Part shown: piece after piece, positions 26,154 to 36,631 of the stretch | Layout of the letters: each line of letters begins with the position of its first letter | How positions within the stretch are numbered: the stretch's first letter is position 1 | From: an uncultured Alteromonadaceae bacterium | Lineage (GTDB): Bacteria; Pseudomonadota; Gammaproteobacteria; Enterobacterales; Alteromonadaceae | Length of the DNA stretch: 64,000 bases | Assembly: GCA_950073835.1 (NCBI GenBank) | Contig: CATMRP010000001.1 | Coordinates: forward strand, 14,164 to 78,163 | Direction: 5' to 3' | Made by a program: the position numbers and the translations under genes | The notes under the pieces: generated by a model | What the model saw: the letters and a program-made list of their open reading frames with translations, nothing else | What the model was told of the DNA's origin: nothing | Databases searched by the model: none

Positions 26154-27236
26154 ATGTGGCTCAACTGGTTTATCCGCTCGGTTTTGTTGTGCACAACCGC
26201 CATTGTATTGGCTGGGTGTGCGAGTCAGGTTACTCAGCACGATGTTCGGGTCTTCGACGAGGCCGCTCTGGTAAGGCAGTGCCAGCCCGCTAATGGCGCT
26301 ACACCTGCGCGTTGTGATTTTGCGCCGGCACTCATCGGTGATGCCCGCCATTATCGGGTGGAAATGATCATTAAACCAGCAAGCACGCCCTGGGTGTATG
26401 CAGAATCCCGTCGGTTAATGCATTCATCTGCCATAGCAATTGAACAACAAAACCTGTCATTTTTAGTCAATACCCGTCATCCTGATGGTCAGCCATTGCA
26501 GCAGGATACCTACCAGGGTTCACCTGGGCTAACGTTATGGTTACCCGGTGAATTACACGAAATCGAACAGATCGCTATTACAGCGACAACGCCTGATAAA
26601 AGACTGTTTATTCTTGGTGACTCTACGGTTTGCGATCAAAATCCGCAGTGGGAGAAGCCTGCTATCGCCCGATACAGCGGCTGGGGTCAGGTATTACCGG
26701 CTTATCTGAGCCAGCAGGTATCAGTGGTCAATTATGCTGATTCCGGCGAAGGTACCCAGGCCTTTAATATCGAAGACGGCGAGTTATTCGCGCCCATTGC
26801 CGAACAACTACGAGAAAAGGACATCGTCCTGATTCAGCTCGGTCACAACGATAAAACCACCTCAGCAGCCGTGTATGAGCAGCGCCTTAGTGACTTGTTG
26901 CTATTTATTAAAGCTCGTGGCGCGCTACCCATACTGGTGTCGCCGATGATCCGCAACCAGGGGATCAACCTGGCTCAACAGCACCAGTGGCCGCAGCTCG
27001 ACGTACGACGGTCGCTACAAAAGATCAGTCAGTTACAGGACATCCCCTTGATCGACCTTATGGCGCTCTCAGATGCGTGGGTGACCGAGCTAGGCCAGAT
27101 GGCTGCTCAACAGTTTTTTGTGCCAAAGGATCGTACTCATTCCAATGAGGCCGGGGCACATCTCTTTGCCAGCATGCTGGTAGAAGACATTACTCGCCGG
27201 CAGTTGCCGCTGGCCGAATACGTTATCTCTCGTTGA
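26154..27236 (+). CDS. CE12 rhamnogalacturonan acetylesterase (SGNH), lipoprotein
   Basis: Lipobox LAGC; GDST, GWGQ, GHND, DRTH. Confidence 0.88.
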   Translation: MWLNWFIRSVLLCTTAIVLAGCASQVTQHDVRVFDEAALVRQCQPANGATPARCDFAPALIGDARHYRVEMIIKPASTPWVYAESRRLMHSSAIAIEQQNLSFLVNTRHPDGQPLQQDTYQGSPGLTLWLPGELHEIEQIAITATTPDKRLFILGDSTVCDQNPQWEKPAIARYSGWGQVLPAYLSQQVSVVNYADSGEGTQAFNIEDGELFAPIAEQLREKDIVLIQLGHNDKTTSAAVYEQRLSDLLLFIKARGALPILVSPMIRNQGINLAQQHQWPQLDVRRSLQKISQLQDIPLIDLMALSDAWVTELGQMAAQQFFVPKDRTHSNEAGAHLFASMLVEDITRRQLPLAEYVISR

Positions 27237-27272
27237 AATTTGCTATACCCGGAAGGATAGGACTCTGTTGCC

Positions 27273-28880
27273 ATGAAATGGTTATCTTATAAATTTCTTT
27301 ATGCACTGCGTAGCAGTGTTCATTGTGTCTGTGCATTTTTACTGATTAGCTCGTTGGGCGCCCAGGCCAACGAAGCCGATGTGCTGGCTCCGGCCACGAT
27401 ATTTATTGCCGGAGACTCCACAGCAGCCACCTATAAAAATGCGGAGCATCAGGGTTGGGGGGCGATGTTTGATCAGTTTTTTAGCGACAAAGTGAACATC
27501 GATAACCGCGCTCGTGGTGGACGCAGTACCCGTACTTTTATTAACGAAGGGCTGTGGGATGATTTACTTGCTGACGTTAAAGCAAACGATGTAGTGATTA
27601 TTCAATTTGGTCATAACGATGCCAGCCCCATTAACGATGAGCGTCGTGCCCGCGGAACCATCGGTGGTATCAGTGACGACTTTGTTGATATCGACAACCA
27701 GCTTACCGGAAAGCAAGAACGTGTATTCTCGTTTGGTTATTACATACGTAAAATGGTCAGCGACGTTAAGGCTAAAGGCGCTAAGCCGGTGTTGATGTCA
27801 CTGACCGTACGTAATATCTGGCAGGGGCATCGCATTGAGCGTGGTTCGGGTCAGTATGGCTATTGGATGTATCAGTTAGCCTGGGAACTGGATACGCCCT
27901 ACATCGATTTAACTAATGCCGTGGCTGATGAGCTGGAATTGTTAGGGAGTGAGGCTACTGCCGCGCTGTACCCTAAAGATCATACCCATTATAACGATGC
28001 GGGGGCAGAGCTGCATGCCAGGCACATTGTTGCAGCGCTAAAGGGATTGCGCCCGGGTCTCGACAAATCGTATTTTTCAGCGCAGGGACAAGCCGTTGCA
28101 GCCTACGACTGGAGCTTTGTTCGGTTGCCGGTAAAAGCGGTCAAAGATCGCAAGAGTGTATTTTTGGTGGGTGATTCAACCGTACGTAACGGCTGGGGCG
28201 ACGGCCGTGATGGTCAGTGGGGATGGGGTGATTTTATTGCCGACTGGTTAGGTAACCCGCCACTTAACATTGTCAATCGTGCGGTAGGCGGCCTGAGTTC
28301 AAGAACCTATGTTACGCAAGGCCATTGGGCGCGGGCACTGAACATGATGAGCCCAGGCGACATCGTATTGATTCAGTTTGGCCACAATGATGCTGGCGCA
28401 CTAAATGATGACAGCCGGGCCCGGGGCACCATCAGGGGCATTGGCCATGAACAGGTGGTCATCGATAACCTGCTCACAGGCAAAACCGAAACTGTACACA
28501 GCTATGGTTGGTATTTACGCAAAATGATCGGTGAGGCGCGTGCTCGGGGCATGCTGCCGGTAATCTGCACACCTGTGCCGCGCAAGGTGTGGGAGACGGA
28601 CGGGCTACGCATTGCCCGCGCCACAAACAGCTATCCAACATGGGCAACTCTGGTGGCCCGACAAGCTCAGGTGCCCCTGATAGATCTGCATCAATATGTT
28701 GCCAGTCACTATGACAGTCTGGGACAAGAGCAGGTCAATGCCTTGTTTGCTGACGCACGTACCCATACCAGCCTGGCAGGCGCTAAACTCACGGCTGAGA
28801 TAGTTGCCCAACAGCTTGCGCCGATGTTGGGAATAGCCGTTGTAGACAGTCTGGCAGAAGATATTCAGGGAGTGGAATAA
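27273..28880 (+). CDS. Tandem two-domain CE12 rhamnogalacturonan acetylesterase, secreted
   Basis: Signal peptide; two SGNH sets (GDSTAA/GHND/DHTH and GDSTVR/GHND/DARTH). Confidence 0.88.
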   Translation: MKWLSYKFLYALRSSVHCVCAFLLISSLGAQANEADVLAPATIFIAGDSTAATYKNAEHQGWGAMFDQFFSDKVNIDNRARGGRSTRTFINEGLWDDLLADVKANDVVIIQFGHNDASPINDERRARGTIGGISDDFVDIDNQLTGKQERVFSFGYYIRKMVSDVKAKGAKPVLMSLTVRNIWQGHRIERGSGQYGYWMYQLAWELDTPYIDLTNAVADELELLGSEATAALYPKDHTHYNDAGAELHARHIVAALKGLRPGLDKSYFSAQGQAVAAYDWSFVRLPVKAVKDRKSVFLVGDSTVRNGWGDGRDGQWGWGDFIADWLGNPPLNIVNRAVGGLSSRTYVTQGHWARALNMMSPGDIVLIQFGHNDAGALNDDSRARGTIRGIGHEQVVIDNLLTGKTETVHSYGWYLRKMIGEARARGMLPVICTPVPRKVWETDGLRIARATNSYPTWATLVARQAQVPLIDLHQYVASHYDSLGQEQVNALFADARTHTSLAGAKLTAEIVAQQLAPMLGIAVVDSLAEDIQGVE

Positions 28881-29737
28881 TGAATGCACTTAATCTAGGG
28901 GTTCGTGCCCACGATTATGGTGAGGGTACACCGGCAGAAATCGCCGGTATCATCGGCCAGTATCCGGTAAGTTGTGTGCAATTGGCGCCCGCTAAGTCTT
29001 TCCCGTTTATAAGTGAAAACCCGGGGCAACTTACCCCGGGGTTTGCTAATCACGTGCGTGATGAATTTGCCCGGCAAAATATCAACATTGCCGTGTTGGG
29101 TTGTTATATCAACCCGATTCATCCTGACCCGGTGCTGCGCGAACTCTCTCTGCAACGCTTTGAAGAGCACCTCACTTTTGCCCGGGATTTTGGTTGTGCC
29201 ATCGTGGGCACCGAAACCGGCTCCCGCAATGCCGATTGTACCTATCATCCGGATAACCAGTCGGAGCAAGCCTTTGAAGAGCTGGTCGTTAGTGTCAGGC
29301 GGCTCGCCGGTGTGGCAGAGCGACACGGAGTCTTTGTGGGCATCGAAGGTGTGGCACATCACCATACAGTGAATACCTACGAGCGAATGGAGCAGCTATT
29401 GATTAGGGTTAACTCGCCGAATGTAAAAGTGATCTACGACCCGGTGAATTTCTTTCCGCCAGACCAATGCGAACAGCAACAGCAGTTGATGGATGACGCG
29501 TTCAGGCGGTTCGGCGAACATATTGTTGCTGTGCATTGTAAGGATTTTGTTAACAATGATGGCCGCAAAACGGGAGATTTACCTTCAGGTACCGGTGAAA
29601 TGGATCACGCTCATCTGTTTCGTCTAATCGAGCAAAATAAACCTTATGTGCACATAATTTTGGAAAGTACCAATCAAAACAATGTGACTAAGATACTCAA
29701 TTTACTCAATCAGTGTGTGGTCGAAAACCGCTTTTGA
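28880..29737 (+). CDS. Sugar phosphate isomerase/epimerase family TIM-barrel protein
   Basis: LGCYINP, VGTETG, GIEGV, YDPVN, VHCKD, IILE metal-binding pattern; start overlaps the CE12 stop (TAATG). Confidence 0.85.
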   Translation: MNALNLGVRAHDYGEGTPAEIAGIIGQYPVSCVQLAPAKSFPFISENPGQLTPGFANHVRDEFARQNINIAVLGCYINPIHPDPVLRELSLQRFEEHLTFARDFGCAIVGTETGSRNADCTYHPDNQSEQAFEELVVSVRRLAGVAERHGVFVGIEGVAHHHTVNTYERMEQLLIRVNSPNVKVIYDPVNFFPPDQCEQQQQLMDDAFRRFGEHIVAVHCKDFVNNDGRKTGDLPSGTGEMDHAHLFRLIEQNKPYVHIILESTNQNNVTKILNLLNQCVVENRF

Positions 29738-29954
29738 TTGTTTTGTTATCCCCTGCTTATTGAACATCCGTATCAACTCGCGTTGCAGCGGTATTTTGCT
29801 TTTCTGAATTAAGGCTGAAAGGCTTATTCTGTTGGTCTTAGTGGCAGATTGGACAGGTGTCAGGTGGCCCTCATTTTTGCTGACTTTAAGGCGTAGAAGC
29901 GCGCTGTATAAGCAGATGAACCACCCAAAATATACGGTCAGTTCAGGGCGATTT

Positions 29955-29968
29955 ATTCATATATGAAA
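29955..29968. promoter_or_regulatory. Candidate IclR-type operator upstream of TBDR
   Basis: ATTCATATATGAAA, near-perfect palindrome. Confidence 0.6.
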
Positions 29969-30130
29969 TTAAATGATTGTTTATGCATATTGGTGAGTGG
30001 TTTTGATGGTTTTGTGTTGACGAAGGCCTCTGTCGGTTACTAGGATAAATGCAGTTGTAAACAAAATATTAAAATAATGTTTACTTTGGCTGGCGCCGAA
30101 GCCAGCCTTTGAAAAGCGAACGAGGTTACT

Positions 30131-33100
30131 ATGGAAAACGTCATGGAACGCAACATCACAACAGCCACTCAAGCTACGATAAATACATCGCGCAAACTGA
30201 TTGCCACCAGTATTTCTACCATTTTACTAACCGGAGCCTGTTTTGCCAGCGCGCCGCTATGGGCACAGGAGTCAGATCAGACTGTCGCGCAGCAACAGGC
30301 TGACGAGTTAAAAGATAAAGACGCCGAGGGCGAAGATACCGAGATTATCGAAGTGAAAGGTATTCGTTTTAGTCAGCGCAGCGCGTTAGATCGTAAAAAA
30401 ATGGCTGGCACTATTACCGATTCACTGGTGGCCGAAGATATCGGCATGTTCCCGGACAAAAACGTCGGTGAAGCCTTACAACGTATTCCGGGTGTTCAGC
30501 TCGACCGTGATTTTGGTGAAGGTCAGGGGATCAGTATTCGTGGTGTTGAGCCGGGCCTGCTGCGCGTTGAGGTAAACAATGTTTCGGCGCAGGGCTTTAG
30601 TGGAAGTCGCGCGGTAGATTTTCGTGACATGGCGGCTGAGCTGGTTAAATCTGTTGATGTCATAAAGGGGTCTGAAGCGCGCCTCACTGAAGGCGGTATC
30701 GGCGGTACCGTACAGGTTAATACCCGTAAGCCGAATGAGTTTGATGAAAACTTCCTGTCGGTCAATGCTGAAGGCCAGTATAACGACCTGATCGACGATC
30801 CAAGTAACAAATGGAATGCCACCGGCGTGTATAAGTTTAACGACGATCTGGGTGTGCTGGTCAATGTAACCGGATCAACCAAAAACACCATGATCCATGC
30901 TTTGCGTAATACCGAATGGGCCCGTTTTGCCGACTACGACAACTCACCGGAAAAGACCTTTGAAGATGCCAATTTTGCCGACGTAACCGATAAAGCTGCC
31001 TGTACAGACACCGCTGACCAGGCCGCTTGTGAGCAGCAGTGGTTTGACTTTTCGCCGCGTCTGCCTCGCTATGGCATCTGGGGCCGTGAGGAAGACCGTC
31101 TTAGTGCTAACGTGGTTGTGCAGTATCGTCTGACTGACAATCTGCAAACTCACGCAAGCTACACTCACAATACCCGCGATAAACAAGCGCTGGACTTAAA
31201 CCTGCACTTAGAATCGCAATCTGCTGCGCGTATCAACCCGGATTCGGTGATAGTGGATGATCAGCACAATGTGACCTACTTTGAAACGGCGGCTGCCACA
31301 GTGACCAACCGGACGCTGGAGTTCGGCTGGGATCAAACCACCGAAATGTACGAGACCGGCTTTGAGTACAGCAAGGATGCCTGGCGAGTAGAAGGCCAGG
31401 TGGCTTACTCGCTGGCCGAGCAGGATATTGACTCACGGGATACCCATATTACCGCTAATGGTGTTGCCGGGGTGCAGGTTGACCTGGATAGCCGCGGCGC
31501 GCCGGAATGGGATTTTAACACCGGTTATATTGTTAACCCTGATGATCCTACCGATACGTCAAATAGCTTTGATGTCAACGATCCGGCCAGCTATGTGTCT
31601 CGCTCACGATATAAATATGCGCCCAGCCAGGACGAGTCTGACGAAACCATGGCCAAGCTGGATCTGACCTATATCCCCGATTCAGATTTCCTTACGCTCA
31701 TCAGAGCCGGTGTGCAGGTGCGTAACCAGGGTTACGAAAATGCTAACTTCCAGTACAACATTATTCGTGATGTAGGCAGTACCTACGAAAACCCGGAAAC
31801 CGGCGAATCCATGGAATGGACCATGGAAGACCAAATAGCCCTGATTACCGGCAATACGTTTCAGTCGCCGACTCTGTTTGATGGTTACAGCCTTGGGGTA
31901 GACACCATTGGTAACTATCAGGCGGTGGACACATACCCCTTTATTGAAGATATTCAGGCGGTCGCGAACGACTTTACTACCCGTCAGGACTTAGATGTGC
32001 GCACGGGTAACTACAATGTAGAGGTCGATACCCAGGCGATTTACCTGCAAACTAACTTCGAAACCTACATTGGCGGGATGCGCCTGTGGGGTAACGTGGG
32101 TGCCCGTTATGTTGAAACCCAAACGGCGGCGAACGGAGACGTGTTTGAGCGGATTATCGTCGACCAGGTAGATGACGACGGCAATGTCCTGACCGATCCG
32201 GTTACCGGCGAGCCTTTACCAGGCATCGAAGACACCGATCACCCGGATACCTTTAACGGCCGTAAAACGGTTGAAGAAGAGTACAACGACTTTCTGCCGA
32301 GCTTAAACGTAAACTTAGCGCTCATTGAGGACGAACTGGTACTGTACTTTGGCACCGCCAAAGTGATGTCGCGACCTAAAATTACCGACCTCAACGTTAA
32401 CGCCAGCTGTACCATTTATCGTACCTCGCGCAACGAGCTGGATGACCTGCGGGACTACTGTACTGCAGGTAACCCGGCATTAAAACCCTACCGTGCCAAA
32501 CAGTTTGATATCGCTCTGAACTGGTATCCCAATGAAGATACTATTATCTCGGGTGCCTACTTTGTTAAAGATATCAACAGCTGGGTTATTGATCCGACTA
32601 CCCGCTTTGATGTGGACTTCTTTAATGACGGACGCTCTTTTGATGTACGCCAAAAAATCAATGGCAGTGGTGTCACCACCAAAGGTTTTGAGCTGCAGGC
32701 CTCAACCATCTTTAGTTGGTTGCCAGAGCCATTCGATGGCTTCGGGGGCGCGATAAACTTCACCCATATGACCGCCGATGATGTGGGTTTGTTCAACCAG
32801 TTAACCGGTAAGGAACTGCCCTTCCCGTCACAGTCTGAAAACAGCTACAACGTCACCGCGTTTTACGAAACGGATACCTGGAGTTTCCGGGTTGCCTATA
32901 ACTACCGTGACGAATACCTGATTAATCCGGCTGACCGCTCTGGTAACCCGGTTTTTGTTGACGACTCAGGGTATATGGATGCCAAATTTATCTACAACAT
33001 TACTGATGATTTGCGCGCCTATATAGATGGCCGTAACCTCACCGGCGAAGTGAAATCATACAACGCTGGCCCGCGCCGCCTGTCCGACCTGCAATGGGCT

Positions 33101-33139
33101 GGCCGCGAGTACTCGGTAGGTGTGATTTATCAGTTCTAA
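30131..33139 (+). CDS. TonB-dependent receptor (pectin-oligosaccharide locus)
   Basis: Signal peptide, IIEVKG, AEDIGMFPDKNVGEALQRIPGV, AGNPALKPY, C-terminal IYQF. Confidence 0.95.
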   Translation: MENVMERNITTATQATINTSRKLIATSISTILLTGACFASAPLWAQESDQTVAQQQADELKDKDAEGEDTEIIEVKGIRFSQRSALDRKKMAGTITDSLVAEDIGMFPDKNVGEALQRIPGVQLDRDFGEGQGISIRGVEPGLLRVEVNNVSAQGFSGSRAVDFRDMAAELVKSVDVIKGSEARLTEGGIGGTVQVNTRKPNEFDENFLSVNAEGQYNDLIDDPSNKWNATGVYKFNDDLGVLVNVTGSTKNTMIHALRNTEWARFADYDNSPEKTFEDANFADVTDKAACTDTADQAACEQQWFDFSPRLPRYGIWGREEDRLSANVVVQYRLTDNLQTHASYTHNTRDKQALDLNLHLESQSAARINPDSVIVDDQHNVTYFETAAATVTNRTLEFGWDQTTEMYETGFEYSKDAWRVEGQVAYSLAEQDIDSRDTHITANGVAGVQVDLDSRGAPEWDFNTGYIVNPDDPTDTSNSFDVNDPASYVSRSRYKYAPSQDESDETMAKLDLTYIPDSDFLTLIRAGVQVRNQGYENANFQYNIIRDVGSTYENPETGESMEWTMEDQIALITGNTFQSPTLFDGYSLGVDTIGNYQAVDTYPFIEDIQAVANDFTTRQDLDVRTGNYNVEVDTQAIYLQTNFETYIGGMRLWGNVGARYVETQTAANGDVFERIIVDQVDDDGNVLTDPVTGEPLPGIEDTDHPDTFNGRKTVEEEYNDFLPSLNVNLALIEDELVLYFGTAKVMSRPKITDLNVNASCTIYRTSRNELDDLRDYCTAGNPALKPYRAKQFDIALNWYPNEDTIISGAYFVKDINSWVIDPTTRFDVDFFNDGRSFDVRQKINGSGVTTKGFELQASTIFSWLPEPFDGFGGAINFTHMTADDVGLFNQLTGKELPFPSQSENSYNVTAFYETDTWSFRVAYNYRDEYLINPADRSGNPVFVDDSGYMDAKFIYNITDDLRAYIDGRNLTGEVKSYNAGPRRLSDLQWAGREYSVGVIYQF

Positions 33140-33208
33140 GCAGCATAAACAGTGATTTAAGCAGGGGCATCATTGATGCCCCTTTTGCGGTTAATCAAGG
33201 AATTCTCT

Positions 33209-35344
33209 ATGCCTTCATTTTCACGACGCGATCTATTTTGTCTGGCCGGTAAAAGTGCTGTGTTAGGCGCTTTCATGGCGCCTTTATCGCACAATGCACT
33301 GGCGGCTGCTGCGGCTGTTTCGCGCCCGTATAAAATCAACAAGCTCATTCATGGTGTGGCGTACTACCCAGAGTTATGGCCGGATGCCGATGTGGATGCC
33401 GACATTGCCGAAATGCAATCGTTAGGCATCAATCTGGTACGCATGGCCGAGTTTGCCTGGTCGACCATGGAAACCACGCCCGGCGATTATGACTTTAGGT
33501 TATTTAAAACGGTGATGGATAAAATGCATGCCGCCGGGATTGATGTGGTGCTCTGTACACCAACCGCAACACCTCCCGCATGGCTGACTCACAATCATCC
33601 CGAACGATGCCATAAAAACGCCAAGGGGACAGTCATGAGTCATGGCGCGCGTCAGCACGCCAGCTATGAGCACCCGGCGGTCCGCGAAGCCTGCTTTAGT
33701 ATCATTCGCCGCATGTCCCATGAACTCGGCCGCCACCCGGCGCTGATTGGCTGGCAATTAGATAACGAAATGAAAGCCCATGTGGCAGAAGATTTCAGTG
33801 ATGCCGCTATTGCCAACTGGCGTAAGTGGTTGCAACAGCGCTTCGGTACCATTGAGGCACTTAACGAAGCCTGGGGCACCCATATCTGGAGTCAGCATTA
33901 CAATAATTTTGACCAGGTGCCCGCGCCGGTGACGACGCCGTTTTTGCATAATGCCTCGCTCATCACCGCGTATAAACTCTTTTGCCGCGAGAGTGTAGCG
34001 GATTTTATGCTGGCGCAGCGTAACGTCATCCGCGAGTTTTCGGATTTGCCGATTACGCACAACGACAACCCGGCATTTAATATTCATCATGAACGCTCCA
34101 TGCAGGCGCTGGATTTTGCCGCCTATGATGCCTATCCAACCGCTGAGCAATGGTCGACACTGGTATTTCGTTCTGACCTGTATCGAGCCGCTATTCCCGG
34201 CCGGCCATTCTGGCTCATGGAAACCAGCGTGGCCCACAATGGCTGGTTGGGCAATCATCAGCCCATTCACCCGGCGGGGTTCTTGGCCGCAGAGGCCAGT
34301 TTGATTTATGCCCTTGGTGGAGAAGGGTTTTGCTACTGGTTATGGCGTCAGCAACGCAGCGGCGCGGAGCTTCCCCATAGCGCCGTAAAAAGTGCCTGGA
34401 ACGCACCATCTATCGGCTATCACGAAGTGAAAAAAGTCAGTGAAGCTAAACAGCAACTTGAACCAACATTGCTCAGTTCAACACTGATTACCCCTGAAGT
34501 GGCGGTGACTTACTCGGATCATGCCCGCGCTATGTTTGAAACCGAACCTTTGGATAAGCGTGCCGGTTTCCCTAATCGTTATCGTGGCATTGTCGAAATG
34601 TGGCATAAACAGCTACTGGATGCAGGCCTGCATCGCGAGGCCCGTTTTGAGGGCGCATCCTTAGACGGATTAAAGCTACTGATTACCCCTGCCATGCCCT
34701 ATGTGAGTGAGGCATTTTTAATTCGTGCTGAGGCCTTTATGCGGCGCGGCGGGATTTGGATTGCCGGACCTGTTACCGGCACGCGCGGCAAAGAACATAC
34801 GGTGCCGGTAGAGGCGGGTCTTGGCTTACTGGAGAAAATGGCCGGTGTGAGCACCCAGTATTTACTACCACTTACTGGCACCAAAGCCCAAGGTGAATTG
34901 CTGGGTGTGGAAAGTGAGCTGAGTGGTTGGTGCGCCGCGGTAAAAGCGAAAGCAGGTACGAGTATTGTAGGTACCATCACCAAAGGTCGTGCCAAAGGAC
35001 TCGCCTTTGCCACCGAGCGCCCAATAGGCAAAGGCAAGCTGGTAATGTTAGGCGCGCAACCCCATGGGGATAACAGCGATGCAATGCTCAACCGGCTGAT
35101 TAGGCATTATGCTCAGCAGGCCGGGGTGAAAATGCACTTTGATGTACCTGAGGGCATAGTCATAGTGCCGCGAAAAAGCTCGCAGGGTAAACTGCTGTGG
35201 ATAGTGCTGAATATGCTCAATGAGAGCAAAACCGTTTCGCTACCCGCTGGGGCTACCGATATGCTCAGTGGTCGAACACTGGGCCCCTCCACATTGCTGA
35301 GCCCTTACGCCCGATTAATTATTAACACCAATCAGGAGGCCTGA
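33209..35344 (+). CDS. GH42 beta-galactosidase with Tat signal (YesZ-like)
   Basis: SRRDLF twin-arginine leader; [17 protein letters not shown], acid/base WQLDNE, nucleophile WLMETS; start ATG 33209 after AAGGA. Confidence 0.9.
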   Translation: MPSFSRRDLFCLAGKSAVLGAFMAPLSHNALAAAAAVSRPYKINKLIHGVAYYPELWPDADVDADIAEMQSLGINLVRMAEFAWSTMETTPGDYDFRLFKTVMDKMHAAGIDVVLCTPTATPPAWLTHNHPERCHKNAKGTVMSHGARQHASYEHPAVREACFSIIRRMSHELGRHPALIGWQLDNEMKAHVAEDFSDAAIANWRKWLQQRFGTIEALNEAWGTHIWSQHYNNFDQVPAPVTTPFLHNASLITAYKLFCRESVADFMLAQRNVIREFSDLPITHNDNPAFNIHHERSMQALDFAAYDAYPTAEQWSTLVFRSDLYRAAIPGRPFWLMETSVAHNGWLGNHQPIHPAGFLAAEASLIYALGGEGFCYWLWRQQRSGAELPHSAVKSAWNAPSIGYHEVKKVSEAKQQLEPTLLSSTLITPEVAVTYSDHARAMFETEPLDKRAGFPNRYRGIVEMWHKQLLDAGLHREARFEGASLDGLKLLITPAMPYVSEAFLIRAEAFMRRGGIWIAGPVTGTRGKEHTVPVEAGLGLLEKMAGVSTQYLLPLTGTKAQGELLGVESELSGWCAAVKAKAGTSIVGTITKGRAKGLAFATERPIGKGKLVMLGAQPHGDNSDAMLNRLIRHYAQQAGVKMHFDVPEGIVIVPRKSSQGKLLWIVLNMLNESKTVSLPAGATDMLSGRTLGPSTLLSPYARLIINTNQEA

Positions 35345-35658
35345 TGGAAAAAATTGCTTTTGTTATGCAGCTTAACCCCGGCTGTGAAAAAGAGTACGAG
35401 CGTCGCCACGATGAGATTTGGCCGGAACTGGTAACCGAACTCAAAGCCGCGGGTATAGAGGATTACTCCATTTTTTTGCACCCCGAAACACTACAGCTGT
35501 TTGGTGTTTTGTGGCGTAGTGATGAGCATGGTATGGACGATTTACCCGCTACCGGGATAATGCAGAAATGGTGGGCGTATATGGGCGATATTATGGCTCA
35601 TAACAGTGATAACAGCCCGGTAACGCAACCGCTCACCCGGGTATTTCATTTACCCTGA
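35344..35658 (+). CDS. rhaM: L-rhamnose mutarotase
   Basis: [39 protein letters not shown]. Confidence 0.93.
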   Translation: MEKIAFVMQLNPGCEKEYERRHDEIWPELVTELKAAGIEDYSIFLHPETLQLFGVLWRSDEHGMDDLPATGIMQKWWAYMGDIMAHNSDNSPVTQPLTRVFHLP

Positions 35659-35694
35659 CAGAGCGGTTTGAAAAATGGGTGACTGGAACAGCGC

Positions 35695-35714
35695 ACTTCT
35701 ATGCGGATTAGTAT
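35695..35714 (+). repeat. Solo degenerate copy of the element-2 terminal repeat
   Basis: ACTTCTATGCGGATTAGTAT vs ACTACTATGCGGATTGGTAT at 36889-36908 (18/20 identical, same orientation). Confidence 0.55.
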
Positions 35715-35849
35715 TAACACTCAATGTGCACAAGAAGTAAAGCCTGTTTTATCCTTTCGCCCTTCCTCGGTTTGCCTGCCATCCTAGCGGGTGAAGCGGG
35801 TACCAATCAACGCCGGGAGTAGTGAAGTTTGCGTTTTGCGCTGCCGGTA

Positions 35850-35863
35850 TTTCAGATATGAAA
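35850..35863. promoter_or_regulatory. Candidate IclR-type operator upstream of RpiB-like gene
   Basis: TTTCAGATATGAAA, identical to the site at 44961. Confidence 0.65.
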
Positions 35864-35954
35864 ATTAAAAGCGTTAAAGCCCTGTTCGCGTATTATTTGC
35901 TGAACAATGATGATAGCGTCCGTGCTTTAAAGTTATACAAGCTTGAGGGTTGCC

Positions 35955-36593
35955 ATGAAAGTAGCGTTGATGATGGAAAATAGCCAGGCGTCAAAAAATT
36001 CAATAGTGCTAAACGAGCTGCAAAATGTTGCAGATGAGTTAGGTCATGAAGTCTACAACGTAGGAATGAACAGCGAAGATGATCATCATCTTACCTATGT
36101 CCATTTAGGCATTATGGCCGGCGCGTTGCTGAACGCTAATGCAGTCGATTTTGTTTTTGCTGGTTGCGGTACAGGTCAGGGAGCTCTGATGTCGCTCAAT
36201 GCTCAGCCTGGCGTGTATTGTGGTTATTGTATCGATCCGTCTGATGCCTTTTTGTTTAATCAGGTGAATAACGGCAATGCATTAGCCCTGCCTTTTGCTA
36301 AGGGATTTGGCTGGGGTGCTGAACTTAACGCTCGGTACATTTTTGAAAAGTCACTGACCGGTGGCCGCGGTGAGGGCTATCCTGTTGAAAGACGTGAACC
36401 GCAAGTTAAGAATGCAGGTATTCTTGCCGAGTTAAAGACCGCATTAGCGGCAGACAGCTATGTTGATACCTTGCGTAAAATAGACCAGGAGCTGGTTAAA
36501 GTTGCCTTCACCGGTGAACGTTTTCAGCGCTGTCTTTTTGATAACAGCCAGGATGACGAGCTTAATCAATACGTTAAAAGTCTGGTCGCGTAA
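35955..36593 (+). CDS. RpiB/LacAB-family isomerase (SpiX/DhuI-like, putative unsaturated-uronate-derived DKI isomerase)
   Basis: MKVALMMENSQASKN, LTYVHLG, GCGTGQGA, FAKGFGWGAELN, GYPVERREPQ; start ATG 35955. Confidence 0.85.
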   Translation: MKVALMMENSQASKNSIVLNELQNVADELGHEVYNVGMNSEDDHHLTYVHLGIMAGALLNANAVDFVFAGCGTGQGALMSLNAQPGVYCGYCIDPSDAFLFNQVNNGNALALPFAKGFGWGAELNARYIFEKSLTGGRGEGYPVERREPQVKNAGILAELKTALAADSYVDTLRKIDQELVKVAFTGERFQRCLFDNSQDDELNQYVKSLVA

Positions 36594-36602
36594 GCTATTG
36601 CA

Positions 36603-36622
36603 GCGGGCGTGGTGACGCCCGC
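36603..36622 (+). terminator. GC-rich hairpin after RpiB-like gene
   Basis: GCGGGCGT-GGTG-ACGCCCGC; no clear U-tract. Confidence 0.45.
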
Positions 36623-36631
36623 TCACGTCTA

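Noticed and set aside
35801-35808. TACCAATC matching the start of the element-2 left TIR
   Set aside because: Only 8 bp; expected by chance
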